Shown here: positions 44,175-59,970 of the stretch, piece after piece | How the letters are laid out: the number at the start of each line of letters is the position of its first letter | Position numbering within the stretch: the stretch's first letter is position 1 | From: Eledone cirrhosa | Lineage: Eukaryota | Length of the DNA stretch: 64,000 nt | Direction: 5' to 3' | Assembly: GCA_964016885.1 (NCBI GenBank) | Contig: OZ024741.1 | Coordinates: forward strand, 38,936,001-39,000,000 | The notes under the pieces: generated by a model | What the model was told of the DNA's origin: nothing | What the model saw: the letters and a program-made list of their open reading frames with translations, nothing else | The model's database searches: none | Position numbers and translations under genes: made by a program

Positions 44175-44550
44175 TCCCTTCTTTAGGCAGCAATTTAGAA
44201 GGAGAATCAGAGTGGAGAGAGGGGTACTGCACCCCAGTAAATTTACTGAAAGGTGGGGGAATGTGGCGAGAATGGCCCGAGTGATTGGGCCTTATTTGTA
44301 TATAAACCTGTAGGTTGAAGAAGAGAGCGAAAGAAAGAAAGGAGCACTTGCACAACATGCTCCTGGAGTTGAGGGTTGTTCTATCTACGGGGTATAAAAC
44401 AACCCATCTGTAACGCCTCCCCCTATTGGGGATTTCGATTGTTATATTTTCATGTTAAAACCTTTTTTTACACGACTCTATGTAAAATCCTCGCTATATG
44501 TCTTTGTATTGTCCCCTTTTCTTGTGCGCCCTTGTGGCACAATAAAGAAA
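44175..44550 (+). mobile_element. Tx1 3' fragment
   Basis: Near copy of 42918-43290; ends AATAAAGAAA then degenerate (TATC)n. Confidence 0.88.
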
Positions 44551-45705
44551 TCTCTCTATTTATCTATCCATCTATCTATTTATCTATCTAGAAGGTTTAT
44601 AGGTCTGATTCTCTATATGCCTGCTTGTCTATCAGGCATCTGGCAACCTTTCTATCAGGCTGCCAGTCTGTATGTCTTTCTGTCTATCTGTCTAGCAATA
44701 AATCTGTATTTATGTTTGTGCTTTGATAGCAGAAATGATTCATCAGTTACTCGTAGCTTCTATACCTTCTCAAATGTCTTATTTAAATAGATGTGGAATG
44801 GGCACAAACTTCTGTAACATATTCTGCCATCAAAATTACATTCAGTCCTAGGTTTTGTGAATGCTTACCGGATCAAGATCAAACAGTCTATTCAAATATG
44901 AAACTTATAATAAAACTAACTAGTAGAATGTAATATGAACAAAATAACCGTTGCAAATATATTGGTAATTACATGCATTTATGTAAGCCCAATACTTTAA
45001 TATATTCGAATTAAAATTTGATATTTATCATAGCTTAACGCTAATATTTCATTCTGATGATCCTTCATATTATAATTCTCTCTCCACCTCATTACCATGA
45101 AATTTCCACGAAATTCTACCCTCATTTTGTAATTGTATTCTTGTATAATATTATGCTTACTACCTCACAATCATACCTCCTCTATCTTATACTTCTCTTC
45201 TTATCACGTAATTCTAAACTCTAACAATTATATTATGTTTATAAAGTAAACTCTCAATAAGCTAGTCATTTATCAAACTAACTTTACTTCCCACTTCTCC
45301 TACATAACTTCATACATGCTTATCACAGCTGATATAATGATATATTCCATTTGGCAATTCTAGTCTCATACATATGGCATGTCAAGGACATGATGGATAA
45401 GGTTTCGAATTCACATATATATCGCATCACAGGTCTTGTTTTTGTATGCTTGAGCACATACAGCAACATTTCTTTTTGCTTCATCACATTACATAATTAC
45501 ATGTGAGCTAACGAAACAAGAACAACTCAGCAGAAAAGCACAAAAACATGAAGTGATTGAGGGATATTATATTTAAAAACTACTTTCAAGATATAAGAGC
45601 GTCTCGAGAGAAGATATTAGCCTTGTATTATAAAACGTCTTGAAAATGCTGTTACAATCTACCCCAAAACGGATGTCGGTGATTTGATTCTTTATATTTT
45701 TATAG

Positions 45706-46570
45706 GAAGAGGTTATTTTGCTGGTCCCGGTAAAATAGACCAATAGGCTATTTTGCTGGTAAGAGTCTCAGACACCATGCTTTGCAGCATAAAGTTGCAG
45801 CCCTTTATGGTCTGAGTTCAAATCCCACTGACGTTAGTTTTGCCTTTCATCCTTACGGAGTTGATAAAATAAACTACCAGTAATGTATTGGGGTCGATTT
45901 AGTGACTTTCCCCTGTCCCAAAATTGTTAGCATTGTGCCTAAATCAGAAAGGTGGATTGGCAGTATCGGTAGAGGGTCGGACACTAAGCTTTGACGCATA
46001 GAGTTACGCCCCTTGCCATTCTGAGTTCAAATCGCGCCAAGGTTAACTTTGCCTTTCATCCTTACGGGGTCGATAAAATAAAGTACCAGTAATACACTGG
46101 GGTAATTGTTGGTCTTGTGCCAAAATTAGAAACAATTATTGTGAAGCCTGGATTGGCAGTATCGGTAGAGGGTCAGACACCATGCTTTGCAGCAAAGAGT
46201 TACGGCCCTTGCCATTCTGAGTTCAATTCCCGCCGATGTTAACTTTGCCTTTCATCCTTACGGGGTCGATAAAATAAAGTACCAGTAATACACTGGGGTA
46301 ATTGCTGGTCTTGTGCCAAAAGTAGAAAGAATTATTATGAAGCCATGTAATGTTAAAAATACCAAAACACAGATTTAACACAGAAGTTTATTTATTTTTA
46401 AAACCAATTAATAAGACACTTTGAACCTGAACCCTAACCCTAACCCTAACCCTAACCTAAACTCAAACCCAGACCCAACACTAACACTATTTATTTTTAC
46501 CAAGGACCGGTAAAATAAGCTTTAAAAGCATGTTTGTCTATTTTACCGGGACCTGCAAAGTAGCCTATTC
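45706..46570. mobile_element. Inverted-repeat-bounded non-autonomous element containing (CCCTAA)n and three nested SINEs
   Basis: TIRs 45706-45740 / 46536-46570 (CCCGGTAAAATAGAC / GTCTATTTTACCGGG); CCCTAA x4 at ~46432-46455. Confidence 0.65.
45761..46339 (+). mobile_element. Head-to-tail triple array of the tRNA SINE
   Basis: Three successive ~190-bp units, each with TTTCATCCTTACGG.G.TGATAAAATAAA-type core. Confidence 0.85.
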
Positions 46571-46999
46571 GATTTTTATATTGGAAGTCACTCTCAATAT
46601 GATAGCAAGTGACCAGCAATATAGCAGGTCCCAAACAACCAGTTACTTTGTTGGGTCTTACACAAGAAAGAGATAAAGAAACCCGAAAATCTAAGAGGAT
46701 GCTACATTTGAGATGAGAACATAATCAGTAGATGTGTTTAGGTTAAAACCCCGACGGCTTAAAGAATAAAGAGAGTTTTAGGACACAGCTGATTGAGGAA
46801 AGTAACTACTAGAATAGAATATGCGTGGGGGGGGGTGTATGTATGTAAAAGGTAAACAGAAATAACAACACAATCGGTACAGTATATGGAAGTAATATAT
46901 TACATTAACGCTTGAAATAGCAGCAAGAGGGTCTTGGCGTTTCGGACGCTAGTCCTTCATCAGAATCATCAGAAGAAAGACTGAGAAATATGATAGATT

Positions 47000-47392
47000 G
47001 GCTGCAGAGGATATGCGTAGACTGGGGAGAAATGAAGCAACCATTCTTTGTTGGATGTGCATTGTATAAGAGAAAGACAGAGCTTAGACGAGCTGAGAGA
47101 GAAGCTGGGTTCAAGAGGAATCCGAGGGAGTGTGCAGGAAAGAAGATTGCATTCGTATGGACATGTGATGCTCATGGACAATGATCGATGGGTGAGGAAA
47201 TGTCAGGAAATCCTAGTGGAAAGAAGCCGCTGTAGAGGAAGACCAAGAAAGACCTGGATTGTGAGAGCTGACCTCAAATCGCTAAAACTGGCAGAGGAGA
47301 TAACGAAGGAACTTGACGAGAGATGCCGTACTGAGAAGGACCCGTCCAACTCATACAAGCGTAGAAAAACGGACACAAAAACAATGATGACG
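47000..47392 (+). mobile_element. RTE-clade LINE 3' fragment
   Basis: LREKLG..RRLHSYGHV..RGRPRKTW; ATGATGA tail. Confidence 0.75.
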
Positions 47393-49337
47393 ATATGCTT
47401 ACCTAACAAGAAGATGGAAGAGTTCCATAGGACAGTTTATCGAGGAAAAAATCTATTGGAGTAGAAACTCTTCTTCCACAAGGGAACAACCACAAGGATG
47501 AGAATTAGAAAATAAAGAGCTACTTGATTAAACTTTAAGAGGAAAATCAAGTGGAGTATGTTAGGCAGATCAACGATTAGAGAATTATTTATAAACTCTG
47601 TGGAACAAAAATAGCGATATAACTTATCCCACACATCTCAGTGAGATACCGTATACCATATCCCTCATCATTGTAAATAGTTTGTTTTCCTTACGTCCCT
47701 TTACTTCTGAAATTAAAATACCGCTATAGTCGATGTATCCCGCCGAGGTTAACTTTGCCTTTCATCCTTACGGGGTCGATAAAATAAAGTACCAGTAATA
47801 CACTGGGGCCGGTTTAATTGAAAATTGTTGATTTTGTGCATTAAACAGAAACCATTATTTCGGTATCGACAAAATAAATCTCCAGCTAAATACTAAGGTA
47901 AATTTAATCGGGTATACTCTCCCTCAAAATGTAGGGCTTAGAGCCTATGTTAGAAATAATTCAATGTTTCTCCTCTTTTCGTTTTTAAATGTACCAGAAA
48001 TATAGGTGGACGGTTTCCAAGTAACAACTATAATGCTGTAGAGCACCACACAGCACCAACAACATATTTCATATCCTTTCTTTTGAAAAAGTGATGAGAA
48101 CCTAGAAATATCATGAAATACGAATTAAAAGTGTGACCTCTTCTTTGTTTTGTTTTTCTGACTTTACTCTACCTTAGTTTTCCTATTTGCATTTTACTGA
48201 CGTTTCCATAACAATCATAATCATATATCTTCCAATATTGATATCTAAGACAGGCATGAAACCGCACATTTTTACCAGAAGGGTAGCTACAAGAAATTCT
48301 TAAGCTTTCTTATTCTATGCCCCATTATAAGACCACAAAAAATTGTATGACCCATTCCTGGTAGAGTGTTTTAAAGATATGATCTAAAATACAGCAAATT
48401 TCTACCAAATTATTTTAATCAACCCGTCCCTTTGAGGGCGTGCACCTTATGTTCAGAATTACTGGCATTGACAATGATGGGAAACCCTTAGTACGTATAT
48501 TATTAATACTTTACTAGCAGAAAACCACCCTTCAAATGAAATTGTAATTGACAATATACACAGAAATTGAACAAAGTCTGCGTTACACTGTCTTATGTAA
48601 TCAGTAACGTAATCCATGATAGATTTAAAAAAATATACTAAAATGCATTAGGAAAGAAATTAGTGACGGAAATATATGAATGTTTATATAAACGATCGCT
48701 AACTGGAAGTATTGACATTTGAACATTTTAAAGAAGGGAATATTAAAATAAGCAATAAAATTATTTATATTTAATCAAGAGTTACGAAATTTAGATCATA
48801 AATTATGTAATATTCATTTATTACTTATTCAAAGTAATCCAATTTATTTTACAAACGGGCTAAAAAAAATATATTCTGGACGCAGTCCCGCACTCCTTTC
48901 TTTATTATAGTTGAGATTGTATTGACACCGGGAACATAAAAGTCAACGTCGAACTTGACGGGATTTGAATTCAGAAAGTACATGACTGTATATTCGATGC
49001 TCTACCAATTTCCAATCCATCACTCTCAAGTGACAAAAGAACAACAATAACAACAGCAGCAATAACAACAACAACCACCACCACCACAGCAACAACAATA
49101 ACAATAATGATAATAATGATGATAATAATGATGATGATGATGATGATGATGGGGATGACAATAATAATAATAACAATATCAACAAAACCAACGTCTCTAT
49201 CAAATAAGAAGTAGTAACAATAACAGTAGCAACAACAACGTAGAACTAAGTACAACTGTAATGATAATTAGAATAACACTTAAAACAATAGTTATATATA
49301 CACACGTACACACGCATATATATATACATATATATAC

Positions 49338-49397
<60 letters not shown>

Positions 49398-49399
49398 GT

Positions 49400-49482
<83 letters not shown>

Positions 49483-49489
49483 CATATAC

Positions 49490-49549
<60 letters not shown>

Positions 49550-49560
49550 GTATATGTATA

Positions 49561-49632
<72 letters not shown>

Positions 49633-49647
49633 ATATATATATATATA

Positions 49648-49694
<47 letters not shown>

Positions 49695-50316
49695 GTATTA
49701 AATAAGGCTTGTAATTGTCTATTTTACCATGGCGTCGTTGGCAAAATAAAAAAAAAAGCAATTTCCTTCTCTCTTCAACAAAACGGTAAGTTTGAAAAAC
49801 AAAACTAAAAAAAAACAAAAAAAAAACAACAACACCAACAAGAACAAAGCAAGATCAGCAACATAAGAAGAAGTCAGACAATTCTTGCAGAGAAACTTCC
49901 AGCATGATTACAATAAGGGAAGCCGAATATGGGAACGGGCTATAGTAATGAGGTTACTCTGTTTAATTTTCCCTTGACATCTTATAAGACAATTAAGTAC
50001 TGTTCAAGTAAGAAGACACCGTGAATAGGGATCAAATCTTTCAATTCACCGATTTGGAACAGTTGTTTGCCTTCTCTTAACATCTTTGAAACAAGCAATG
50101 GACGAATGACAAAAGAAAGAGAGCTTATTACGGCGCCAGAGAACCCAGACAAACAAAACATGGTATAATAATACTTTTCAAAAATTGAGTGGAGTGTAGG
50201 GGGTGACAGAGGGGAATGAAGGACTATATTAATAATGGTATCAAGCATTAGCACAAGCCTATATATATAAATATATATATATATATTGCAACCACGCAGC
50301 ACGCCATTTTTTCATA

Positions 50317-50428
<112 letters not shown>

Positions 50429-50816
50429 GCTAGGGAACAGTGGATTATGTTGACCCAGGAGTTAACTGGTGTTTATTTTATCGAACCCACCTTAGTAAGC
50501 TGAATAAAAATTGTTGAGCTGAGCGGGTTTTAGAGGAACGTATAGAGAGGAACGAAATACTATATGATATTTTATATGACGTTCTATCGAAAGCTGTTGA
50601 GCTTTACCCTTTTCTCGTGGTACCTATCTAGAATTGTAAGGCGTGAGACAATGTTTTCTTTGACATCAACATACAGATAAATGTATAAATGTGTTTGTGT
50701 GTATGTGTGTGTGTGTGTATGTGTGTGCCTGTGTGTGTGTCTGTGTGTGTCTGTGTGTGTGTGTGAGTGTGTGTCTGTGTCTGTAGCTAGTGTATAATTT
50801 TCGAGGGACCCTTATC

Positions 50817-50881
<65 letters not shown>

Positions 50882-51167
50882 TATATATATATGTATATAT
50901 ACACATAGTTATATACACACACACATATATATATATATATGTACACACACACATATATATATATGTGTCTGTGTGTATATATATATATATAACTATATAT
51001 ATATATTGGTAGCCACCTGTTTATGGTGGGGCCGATAGCATGCTTACAACTCAATGTTGCTTTGAAGAGATGGTTTTAACGAGAATAGACTGTGTGAGGT
51101 ATAGTTTTTGTAATAGGTTCTCATCGCATAAGAGTCCGTCGAATATTCTACGCTAGTTACAGAGACA

Positions 51168-51214
<47 letters not shown>

Positions 51215-52062
51215 ATATTCGTGGAGGACCTACCGTTACAATAACACACAGAATGGGCCATTCGCACGGTGGTCCATTCACAAATCAAAATCAGTCCACT
51301 ATTTTCTATTCTCTGTTTGGGTTCGCCATAATCCGGTTTCCTAATATGGCTAATTCTGCAATTAACAGCAGATTTCTTCCAGAGAAGGATAGAGAGAAAG
51401 TGGAGGGTGGGGGTAGGGAGAATGGAAGTGAGAAGGAGATATAGAGGAAGAATCCTACTTGACTGGTAATTTTTTATCGATGTTGAAAAGATGATAGGCA
51501 AAGTTGACCTCGACAGGATTTGAACTCGGATACCAGAGAACCGAACCAAATGCTACAAAGCAGTCTACCCGACAGTAACGACTCTGCCAATTCGCTACCT
51601 ATGATATACATCATACTCGCCGTAAAAAAATCCAATAAAACAGTGACTGACTCGTCGTATCAAACGATGAAATAATATATAAAAATTACAAAATGGATAA
51701 ATAAAAAAAATGTGTAACACCTTTGATATTATGACTGTTGGGTTTTAAGGCTGGCTTGATTTGGGCGTTAAAAAAACAATATCAAATAAGAAACTATTGG
51801 AATCTGACATAAAAATGTTATGGCATGGGAAGTTCTCATGTCATTTACTTTATAAAACTATTCTACACGATTGTTTCAATTTCCTGTGAAACACTAGCCT
51901 GATACGGGTTAGAACATGATTTATAAACATTAGTTTGTCAGACTTCTAGCCACCGATCAATGACGTTTTAACATTCATGATTTTTAAGAACGTATATTGG
52001 GCTTTTTCAGCTTGGTAACGCCCAGTTCTCACCTGGTTCGACCTGAGCCGATTTCCTTCAGA

Positions 52063-52331
52063 GAGGAGGAGGAGAAGGTGGGAGAAGAAGAAGAAGAAGA
52101 AGAAGAAGAAGAAGAAGAAGAAGAAGAAGAAGAAGAAGAAGAAGAAAAAGAAGAAGATGAAGAAGAAGAAGAAGAAGAAGAAGAAGAAGAAGAAGAAGAA
52201 GAAGAAGAAGGAGGAGGCGGAGGAGGAGGAGGAGGAGGAGGAGGAGGAGGAGGGGGAGAAGAAGAAGAAGAAGAAGAAGAAGAAGAAGAAGAAGAAGAAG
52301 AAGAAGAAGAAGAAGAAGAAGAAGAAGAAGA
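52063..52331. repeat. (GAA)n(GGA)n(GAA)n polypurine tract
   Basis: Direct reading. Confidence 0.95.
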
Positions 52332-52794
52332 CCATATCCATATTTTAAGGTCAATCTTGGCCATCAACCTAAAAAATAAAATCAACTAAAATTATATAAA
52401 ATTTTCTTCTGAGCGAAGCCAGTAGAAAATATATATATTTTCAAGGCTGATGGTATGGAGTTACATATTTACTATCGACTAGACGGCACATTGGTATTTG
52501 CTCACTGCAAAGCTCGTAAGATACACAATTAATTACTAACTTTTTAAAAAACGTTTATTAAAAGTACTATAATATTGTGGAATCCTAGAACTTTGTGGTG
52601 GACCCCTGAGGTTCATTGAAAACCACTTTGGGAAATATTAGCAGGAATATTTGACATTATATGATAGCACAAAGAAACAAGAATATTAGTACTGATACAA
52701 CACCAATTATTTCACGCACACAAACACACACACAGACACACACATACACGCCCCCCCCCCCCCCACATACACATATATACATTCATACATACAT

Positions 52795-53133
52795 AGGGTA
52801 AAGGACAAAGACTCCCTTCGATCACAAATGACCATGGAATTAGCACCTAGAAAGTCCCTCTCCGAGGCACAAGTTCGGACAAGGTTGTTTTGTGAAACAC
52901 TAGCAGTTACCCATGCATATCAGCTTCCCTTCTCAACAACACCAAGGAAAAGGCAATGCCCGATACAGCATGGCACCAGTGACAGCACAACTCATTTCTA
53001 GAGCTGAATGAACTGGAGCAACGTAACATAAAGTGACTTGCTCAAGGACACAACGCAAAGCTTGGTCTGAGAATCGAACTCACAACCTCACGATTGTAAC
53101 CCCGAAGCTCTAAAAACTAAGCCATGCGCCTTC
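52795..53133 (-). mobile_element. Second tRNA-SINE family; other copies at 32455-32580 (-), 59672-59868 (+), 63597-63790 (+)
   Basis: Head GGCGCATGGCTTAGT..GAGTTCGATTCTC; core GTGTCCTTGAGCAAGTCACTTTA. Confidence 0.72.
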
Positions 53134-53257
53134 ATGCATTCATACATACATACATACATACATACATACATACATACATACATTATCGAGTATGCCCTCT
53201 CATTATCGAGTATGACCATTGCACGATATACCATTATTAATAATCATTAATTAATGA

Positions 53258-53440
53258 TTGGCAGTATCGGTAGAGAGTCGGACACCATGCTTTGAAGCAT
53301 AGAGTTACGTCCCTTTATGATCTGAGTTCAAATCCCGCCGAGGTTAACTTTGCCTTTCATCCTTACGGGGTCGATAAAATAAAGTACCAGTGATGTACTG
53401 GTTAATTGCTGGCCTTGTTCCTAAAATAGAAACAATTAAT
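53258..53440 (+). mobile_element. tRNA-derived SINE (same family as 23611)
   Basis: Full-length match to the family. Confidence 0.82.
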
Positions 53441-54299
53441 TAATGCTATCGTACAATGCCTGTGCATGAAGATTTTTTTTAAAGTGAGCGAAGACTGTGC
53501 ACTGAGCCAATCCCACTCTCTGAGTGACAGTAGCTAAAACCCGAAAAGAAGAAAAGATCAACATCATCGGTAACTACTGAGCCGCAGGTTTTATATCGGA
53601 GTTATCCCAGTTTCCTGAGTTGCCTTATCCTAGAAGAATGCCCCGACAAAGGCTAGGGGTCCTTCACTCCCAGTGGTTTAACCGCGCGATCGGGTGTCCA
53701 GCCCGACTAATTCTATGTCCCCGCGCATATACATACACATGCACACATGCATATACACATATACTTATACATTCATATGTACATGTATACACATATTTAC
53801 ACATTTTTGGATGGCCGTTGACTCTCATGAGTTCTTCCGCCCATCCATCCATCCATACATACATACATACATACATACATACATACATACATACATACAT
53901 ACATACATACAATTCTGCCAACGAACCACCCTAGACTTAAATATTGCTGTACAGTAATTAGTCTAGCGCTCTACCGATTTTGCTATGCACCATTCGTTTT
54001 ATGAAGTATGAATAGACGCCAGCTATTATCGCCATGTGCGCAACGTTTCATACTCAATGACTAACTGAAGGGGAACATTATCTTCTACATGACTTTTACA
54101 AGGGCATTTGTGACGTCATTCAATTGTTTCCGACCGGATATCAAATCTGGTTCGTGGGAAATGTCTCATACCACTAGTCGACCGCCTAACAAATAAGTCA
54201 TCGAGGTGGGATTTTATATGGTATCCATCAATAACGCTTGCATAACTTTAAAGGATTGTCCCGTTAAAATATATCTGTCAATGATATTAACATTTTAAT

Positions 54300-55960
54300 T
54301 GAAGACAATAAAATCCTTCACAAACGGAAAAACAACAGGACTCGATGACATTCTAATTGAGGTCTTGAAAACTGAAGCCTGAGTTGATGCTCTAGTGTCG
54401 ACGAAGTGTGTAATGAAACCTTTCATGGAGATAAGCCAACAATTTGGAACCAGAGTGGTATAACTCTACTTTAAAAAAAAAAGGTGATCTTAGTGATATC
54501 AAAAGTTACTGTGGAATTAGTCTCAGTAATATCATCTAAAATCTACAACAGAATACTACTCCATAGAATTAAACCTCATTTAGAACCAATAATTCGCATG
54601 AACCAAAATGGATTTCGTTTCAATACTAGGGAAAATCTTAACCCTAATAAGACTCATTTAAGGAGTAAAGCAAGGAACCTTTCTATTTTTCTTAACATTT
54701 ATTTAACTAGCCGTGAATAAATTTGAAATATTAAAAAAAGTGCATAAAGGAAAAACGTATGATACACTATTTCCAAGGAGAGTAAAAATGTCTTTGGAAT
54801 GGAATGAAGCGTTGCATTATTGAGAATGTGTTAATCAAGCTAGTGAGGCCATCGTGAAGGATTATAGTATAAAAACTATCACCCTTTTCATGATGGCCTG
54901 TTATCACATTCGTTGATTTTAGCAAAGATTTCGATTCTATTCATCGTGGAAAACTGAAACAAATAATTGGAGCCTATGGAATTCCGTTGCAATTGTTACA
55001 GCATTAGGTGCTCTTTATGACGGCAGAGAAGCAAAAGTAGTCCTCAGATGGTGAAACGGACTTCTTCAAACTGAAAGCGAGTGCTCTTCAATGAGATATA
55101 CTACCCCCGTTCCTCTTCATATTAACACTCAAATACCCACAGAGACAAGCTACATATCATGCTCGTCAAGCATCCTCGACGTAGCACTAGACACCCTGAA
55201 ATAACAATAACTGGTACTGATTTAACAGATGATATCGCACTTTTATCAGACACCTGCAAAAATGCATAGCTGAAGAGGGTCGAATGGCTGCTGAAACAAT
55301 TGGACTTCACATAAACGAGAAGAAGATGTAATATATTGCATACAACCAGAAAGAGAGGGATATTGTGTCACAAATTGAAAATTATCTAAAAGGATTACCG
55401 GATTTTTGGTATCTAGGTTGGTGGATTAACACATCAGAGTACATGAGTAGTAGATATAACTTAGCCTGGATAGTTGCAAACAAAATGGCTGCCGTTTGAA
55501 AATCAAACTTGGACATCAAACTAAAGATTAAGTTCTTTCGATCAACAATTGAAAATGTGCTTGTGTATAGAGTGGAGTGTCTGACACTCACAAAAGAGAT
55601 GGACAGCCGGTTAGATGGCACATAATACATGACTGAGGAAAGTGTAAAATGCGTCTTGAAAGGAGTACAGAACATATGAGTCTCTATGGTGATCTGAGAC
55701 AGATTACAGACGTCATAGAGACTAGACGACTCAGTCTCGTAGGTTACGTATGGCGAAGAGATCAGGCAGATCTTGTTACTGCTATGATAACCCACAAATG
55801 GTAGAACAAGAGGTTGGCCTCGTGTAGTGGGTTTGTAAAGACACGAATCATAGAATGAATGAATTTGTGGAAGACATGCTGGATAGGGACAAGAGGAGAA
55901 GTATACTTATCAACACCCTCCGAGGAAACTAGACATGTTGAGGAATGTGATGATGATATC
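54300..55960 (+). pseudogene. Highly degenerate RTE-X/RTE-like reverse transcriptase
   Basis: KIYNRILLHRI..NQNGFR, FVDFSKDFDSIHR, DLTDDIALLSD, LKIKFFRSTIE; many stops. Confidence 0.7.
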
Positions 55961-56101
<141 letters not shown>

Positions 56102-56102
56102 G

Positions 56103-56187
<85 letters not shown>

Positions 56188-56192
56188 GTATG

Positions 56193-56224
<32 letters not shown>

Positions 56225-56235
56225 CTTAATGTATA

Positions 56236-56268
<33 letters not shown>

Positions 56269-57150
56269 ATTAAAAAGATATTTGTCTCTAATACTTAGAC
56301 ATCTTAATGAATGGATGAAATATACATATAAATAATATATCACTAAACGAAGTACTTTAACATGTTAAACCTATGCCAAAATCTAAATTTAGGAGAGTAT
56401 AAATCAAACCGACTAAAATAAGTTAGTCTAACTCATACAATTGTCTCCCTACCATGGTTTCTGGAATAAAGAATTTATATTGATTATTTCAAATCATTGG
56501 AACAACAAATATTGGAAGAACATATTCTGTCATCAGGGAAGAATTCTTTAGAATAAAAGGAGATATTGATCATAAAGTATAACAGGTTATTTTAGTTGCC
56601 AAAATGGTCTGTATATCATATATATTAGGACAGGCTTATAAGGACGTTAGAAATCGTAGCAAAAACGTCCAAATCTACTCTACAGTGAAGGAGTGGCTAA
56701 ACGGTTATTTGTCTTTAATACTTAGACATCTTAATGAATGAATAGAATATACAGATAAAATATCACTCAGAGGAATATTTTCACGCAAACACACGCGAGG
56801 GCGTGCGCGCACACACACACATACATATATATATAAATATATGCATATATATATATATATATATGCATGTATGCATGTATATATATATATGTGTATGTAT
56901 GTATATGTATATATGTATCCTAAGCGGACGGTAGTCCGTTTAGTAATATTGTTGTGGTCGTGTTTTCGTTGGCAATCGTCTGTTTACGACAGTATAGCGC
57001 GGCTCTACTTTATTTAACTGAGATAAAACTTATATGAGCATGAACAGTAGATCATTACGCATCTTTTGGCTTAAAAATCTAGAAATTTGGTCCAGCGGGA
57101 AAAAGTTTATAATCAAAGTTTGCTGATAAATCTTGTGTTCAAGTGAGTGA

Positions 57151-57375
57151 GTAGTAAGCGTGACTCCAGAGGAGGTAATCCAGAAATGACGACGTTTGGA
57201 AAAGTTTAATTACTGCATGAAAGAAATGATTCAAAAATTGAACTTGCCCAATCTTCACAATATTGAAAATTGGTCAAAATTTGACAAATGTGACTTCAAA
57301 CCAGATATGATTCATTTGAACAATGTTGGAAATCTTAAATTGACACAAATTTTTGCCAATGTTTTTGCCACCTGA
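57151..57375 (+). pseudogene. SGNH/GDSL hydrolase-like C-terminal fragment
   Basis: Hand translation VVSVTPEEVIQK*RRLEKFNYCMKEM..IENWSKFDKCDFKPDMIHLNNVGNLKLTQIF; DxxH(LN)xxG motif; not in the ORF track. Confidence 0.5.
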
Positions 57376-57555
57376 TCCTTGTTCTATGGCTGACTGACTA
57401 ATTTTGTGACTTAATAAAATGTCATCATACTAGTAATGCACAATGGTCATTTTTAAATTTAAATTTTATTAAATAGTTGTTGCTTGCATTGCCTTAAAAT
57501 AGTAACAAGAATGTACACATACTTTTTAAAAATACATCATTATCAGTCAAATCAG

Positions 57556-57915
57556 TCAAATGTCACTAAAAGCCAGGTGGTCGATGACAACTTCTATAAG
57601 ATTAGTTACATGCTCACACATTGGATCACCTCTCATCAATGGCATTGGGTGTCTGAGATAATCGTGGAGATAACTGATGAAGTCACAAATGAAGTGATGG
57701 TCTTCCAGTGTGAACAACTCCCTATATCCATTGATATATGTGATGGCTTCCGATTCATAGGTGCATTTTATGAGGAATTCCATGCATCCGATTTTCAGTG
57801 ATTCAATGGGCATTTTATCAGAGATGATAAGGTATTTGACCACGTTTTGCTTTGTAAGTAAATTGGAGAGAATCACTGCAGTCAAAGTCATTTCTTTGCA
57901 TGGGTTTTTGTCCAT
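57556..57915 (-). CDS. 119-aa ORF or exon with a BTB-associated BACK-like helical motif
   Basis: LSNLLTKQNVVKYLIISDKMPIESLKIGCMEFL resembles the BACK pattern; preceded by acceptor-like CTTTTTAG. Confidence 0.35.
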   Translation of the reverse strand: MDKNPCKEMTLTAVILSNLLTKQNVVKYLIISDKMPIESLKIGCMEFLIKCTYESEAITYINGYRELFTLEDHHFICDFISYLHDYLRHPMPLMRGDPMCEHVTNLIEVVIDHLAFSDI

Positions 57916-58187
57916 TCTAAAAAGTTAAAATGATAAAGTATTACTACTATATAACTTACATCTATTGTTGTAACACCATTGAAATGCACAAGTTTCACCA
58001 ATTCACTATTATTCACTAATCATCTTAAATGCATTCATGATTTACTATCTTTGTCATTAAGCCAGTTGCCTCAACTAGATTGCAATTATACTCAAAAGAA
58101 CTTTAAAATGTCAATCACTTGTCAGTAATTCACTATGATCATTTAATTATTAGATAGTTGTTGCTTGCATTGCCTTAAAAAATAGTA

Positions 58188-59483
<1,296 letters not shown>

Positions 59484-59589
59484 CATGATATTGGTTTGAT
59501 ATACTAGAGCATCTGGGATCTTCAGGGACCATAATGCTAGTATCCTTCTTTTATATTGTTTTAGCCGTTTCTACAGACCTAATACTAAT

Positions 59590-59970
59590 AACTGTTTCTA
59601 CTTTTGGCACAAGGCCAGCAATTATCCTAGTGTATTACTGGTACTTTATTTTATCGACCCCGTAACGATGAGTGAAGGCATGTGGCTGAGTGGTTAGAGA
59701 ATTGGATTCGCCTGCCCGGGTGATGCGTTATGTCCTTGAGCCAGACACTTTATTTCACGTCGCTCCTTCTATCTGGATGTGACTGATAGATAGTATTAGC
59801 AACTGGAAAGACCAACGGAAACATTGTTTTCTCGGTCCGATTTGACGAAAGTCCATCGATCAAAGCAGGATGAAAGGCAAGTTTAACATCGGCGGGATTT
59901 GAACTCAGACTGTAAAGAGACGTAACTCTATCCTACAAAGCATGGTGTCTGACCCTCTACCGATACTGCC
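59590..59970 (-). mobile_element. tRNA SINE interrupted by an opposite-strand SINE of the second family
   Basis: Core split at CCCCGTAACGATGA | GGATGAAAGGCAAG. Confidence 0.75.

Noticed and set aside
48515-48918. Degenerate Helitron (TC..CTAG on the minus strand)
   Set aside because: Termini are plausible but the subterminal hairpin is absent and there is one copy in the window.
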